This document shows positions 24,361-25,350 of a stretch of DNA of 25,350 nucleotides, one piece after another. Every line of letters begins with the position of its first letter. Position 1 is the first letter of the stretch. This DNA comes from a virus. Lineage: Duplodnaviria; Heunggongvirae; Uroviricota; Caudoviricetes. The stretch lies in the IMG/VR virus record IMGVR_UViG_3300026286_000004; one strand, given 5' to 3'. Under the pieces are notes generated by a model. That model ran no database searches, had not been told where the DNA came from, and saw only the letters and a list, made by a program, of their open reading frames with translations. The translations under genes and the position numbers were made by a program.

Positions 24361-24398
24361 CGCCGGGGACCCCGCGAATCTGCCGCATCAGTAGAGGT
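24361..24398 (+). promoter_or_regulatory. Class B motif CGCCGG-N14-TGCCGCATCAGT-N6-ATG
   Basis: Same geometry as the 8466 and 9584 copies; the 6-nt gap also ends in GGT. Confidence 0.55.
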
Positions 24399-24953
24399 AT
24401 GAGCGAACCCATCCCGGAGAACCCGTTCGACGACGACGAGATCGTCTCCCTCGCCGAGGCCGACGTCCCTGCCGATCCGGCGCCGGAGGCCCCGGCCCCG
24501 CCGCGGGCGAAGAGGCCGCCCGCCGGCCGGAAGCGGAACCCGGTGGACCGTGCCCTCGCGCGCCGGGTCATCGAGAAGTTCCAGGCGCTGTCGTCCGCGT
24601 CGCCCTCGCAGCGCGAGGCGCTCGGGGTGATGCTCGACGTCGCCCCGGACAACGTCGTGGAGATGACCTGCCGCGCTCTCGAGGGTGCCCGGAATGCCTC
24701 GCGCGCCCTGGACGACATCCGGTCGTTGCGGAACATGGAGCCGGTGGCCCGCGGTGCGGAGGCGACCGTGATGGTGATGCAGTACCGGGACCGGGTGCGG
24801 GCGGCATGGATGCTGCTGGTGCCGATCGCCGGCCTGCCGAAGGATCCGCCGGCCCACCCGAGCAAGGCTGGCATCGCGTTCGCCGAGGCTGTCTCCCGGC
24901 TCTCGGATGAGCAGCTGGCCGATCTGTCTGCGCCGCTGGGGTTCATCGACTGA
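24399..24953 (+). CDS. Hypothetical helical protein with acidic/Pro-rich N-terminus (184 aa)
   Basis: ATG at 24399 in frame with track ORF 24030-24953; TGATG overlap with the next gene. Confidence 0.7.
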   Translation: MSEPIPENPFDDDEIVSLAEADVPADPAPEAPAPPRAKRPPAGRKRNPVDRALARRVIEKFQALSSASPSQREALGVMLDVAPDNVVEMTCRALEGARNASRALDDIRSLRNMEPVARGAEATVMVMQYRDRVRAAWMLLVPIAGLPKDPPAHPSKAGIAFAEAVSRLSDEQLADLSAPLGFID

Positions 24954-25300
24954 TGCCGCGTTGCCAGACCTGGCGACCCGTCCTCAAGGTCACTGCAGAG
25001 CACCGTGACCACGAGCCGGGTCGATGCCACACGTGCTGGCGCCCGTGCCGGGAGAAGGTCGAACCGGGCGTGACGATGTGCGCCACATGCGAGTCGTTGC
25101 TGGCGCAGCATCCGGCGCCGCGGGTTCGTGCAGAGCTGGCCCGGCAGTCGGACACCTCTGAGGAGACCTTGCGGTACCTGGTGTCCGACGGTGACTTCTC
25201 CGTCGCTCTCGCGGCGACTAACGCGCTACGGGACCGGGACGGGACGCACCTGTTCAACTCGACGGCCGGCGCCGTCATGATCAATGAAGGGCGACGCTGA
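24953..25300 (+). CDS. Small Cys-rich (CxxC x2) protein with an LRV/HEAT-like helical repeat (115 aa)
   Basis: CHTC...CATC, then LAQHPAPRVRAELA...LRYLVSDGDFSVALAA. Overlapping stop/start at both ends. Confidence 0.6.
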   Translation: MPRCQTWRPVLKVTAEHRDHEPGRCHTCWRPCREKVEPGVTMCATCESLLAQHPAPRVRAELARQSDTSEETLRYLVSDGDFSVALAATNALRDRDGTHLFNSTAGAVMINEGRR

Positions 25301-25350
25301 TGGCGCGCACCAAGAAGTCCGGCGCGACCAGCGTCGATGTGTGGGACCTG
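25300..25350 (+). CDS. Start of the next gene (partial, MARTKKSGATSVDVWDL...)
   Basis: TGATG overlap with GAAGG upstream; open to the window end. Confidence 0.55.
   Translation, partial: MARTKKSGATSVDVWDL

Noticed and set aside
25300-25350. MARTK start resembling histone H3
   Set aside because: Only five residues match and the sequence diverges immediately; coincidence.

Overview
High-GC actinobacterial DNA that reads as part of a large conjugative plasmid or integrative element. No phage structural genes, rRNA, tRNA or CRISPR array are visible. Left end (1-4145) is an accessory zone: a tyrosine recombinase abutting a truncated IS3 orfA, a low-GC secreted metzincin plus a secreted partner gene, and a frameshifted IS256. 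A leftward arm follows (4406-15663): KHPR-motif protein, VirB8/TcpC-like protein, 1032-aa multi-domain wall hydrolase, membrane-anchored HNH protein, Pro/Thr stalk protein, ssb, dnaE with two mini-inteins and an Hjc-like resolvase. Next is a 292-bp dyad-symmetric, AT-cored non-coding element (candidate origin). The rightward arm (16423-25350) holds a REC-like/acidic-repeat/MinD-ParA ATPase, a membrane protein, two proteins resembling divergent sigma factors around an mIHF-like gene, a Cas4/AddB-like Fe-S nuclease with a class-3 LAGLIDADG intein, and hypotheticals. Most striking: two element-specific bipartite motifs, GCCGCG-N15-GGCAAAG (5 copies) and CGCCGG-N14/15-TGCCGCATnnnT-N6-start (3 copies), sit at near-fixed distance in front of start codons. 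This suggests a private, mostly leaderless promoter regulon, possibly read by the element's own sigma-like proteins. All family calls are by-eye motif recognition; no searches were run.
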